NCBI GenBank assembly: GCA_001938485.1
Contig: MQRK01254919.1
Location: 1 to 52,588, forward strand
DNA: 52,588 nt
Direction: 5' to 3'
Source of the DNA: Girardia tigrina
Taxonomy: Eukaryota
In this document: one piece after another, positions 51,700 through 52,588 of the stretch
Position numbering within the stretch: position 1 is the first letter of the stretch
Layout: every line of letters starts with the position of its first letter
The notes under the pieces: model-generated
Told to the model about the DNA's origin: nothing
Seen by the model: the letters and a program-made list of their open reading frames with translations, nothing else
The model's database searches: none
Program-made: the position numbers and the translations under genes

Positions 51700-52588
51700 T
51701 TTTTTAATATTAAATTTATTCCCAATACAGACGCGTTTCACCATTTCGGCATCTTCAGTGCAATGAAATAAAGTGATTAATTGCTATTTATATAGTTGAA
51801 AACTATTACATCATACGTCTCAAAAACATGCTGTTTTTTCTTTAAAAAAAAGAAAAGTATTTTTAATGATATTTTAAAAAACTTTAATATGATTAGATGA
51901 ATCACCTTGCAAGTTTAAACATGGTTTATGATGCTTTATTAACAATGCTTCGGCAATAATCCTTTCATAATTTGTGTCAAAATTATTTAAAATCACTTTA
52001 AAATCTTTATTGTAATCCATAAGATTACCTTNNNNNNNNNNNNNNNNNNNNNNNNNNNNNNNNNNNNNNNNNNNNNNNNNNNNNNNNNNNNNNNNNNNNN
52101 NNNNNNNNNNNNNNNNNNNNNNNNNNNNNNNNNNNNNNNNNNNNNNNNNNNNNNNNNNNNNNNNNNNNNNNNNNNNNNNNNNNNNNNNNNNNNNNNNNNN
52201 NNNNNNNNNNNNNNNNNNNNNNNNNNNNNNNNNNNNNNNNNNNNNNNNNNNNNTTTAAGCCAACAGGTGTTCGATGTTCTAAAAATCGTTTGAACTCTTT
52301 TGCTCTCTCTGAGTACGGTAATTTTAGATTGATAGTCATTTGATTATCAATGTCATTTCCCGAAGTTATATTAAAAAAAGATGAACAGAATTTAAATAAA
52401 ATGATTAATAGACTAGTTAAAAGTAATGATATTAGTAATGAATTAAAAAACGGTTTTATAGTACAAGGGTCGCAACCTTCGAAACTTTATGGTCTACCTA
52501 AGATTCATAAAGAAGGTATTCCAATGCGACCTGTTTTGTCTATGATTGGTAGTGCACAATATCAAGTTGCAAAAATTCTAGAGAGATT
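51700..52588. mobile_element. Penelope-like element, head-to-head inverted structure across a gap
   Basis: The minus arm has LKLPYS (52254-52339), then after the gap ERIIAEALLIKHHKPCLNLQ..KVF* and a hammerhead. The plus arm from about 52350 has the RT N-terminal motif LYGLPKIHKEGIPMRPVLS, open to the window edge. Confidence 0.9.
51720..51768 (-). ncRNA. Minimal type I hammerhead ribozyme, best-preserved copy
   Basis: TTTCATTGCA CTGAAGA T GCC GAAAT GGT GAAA CGCG TC TGTATTGGGA. The core is complete with a GUC cleavage triplet and palindromic ACGCGT stem III. Stem I pairs at 9 of 10 positions, counting G-U. Confidence 0.85.

Overview
Very AT-rich eukaryotic genomic DNA, probably invertebrate (planarian-like by TE repertoire; this is inference). 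It has three assembly gaps and no intact host gene that I can recognise. The window is a graveyard of nested transposons. LTR elements: a Ty3/gypsy gag-pol running off the left edge with a clear -1 frameshift signal, gypsy integrase remnants, and a family of solo LTRs with 5-bp target-site duplications (TSDs). DNA transposons: at least six mariner copies plus Tc1- and Tigger-like pieces, three hAT transposase relics and a SPIN/URR1-like hAT derivative with an 8-bp TSD. There are also five Penelope-like element (PLE) loci. The most striking non-coding signal is a set of six or seven minimal type I hammerhead ribozyme motifs (CTGANGA-stem II-GAAA-short palindromic stem III), mostly at PLE 3' ends. 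Three PLE loci are arranged head-to-head. One of these is a roughly 515-bp fold-back insertion with two outward-facing hammerheads and a target duplication, sitting inside a Buster-type hAT that also carries a mariner. All calls were made by eye, without database searches.
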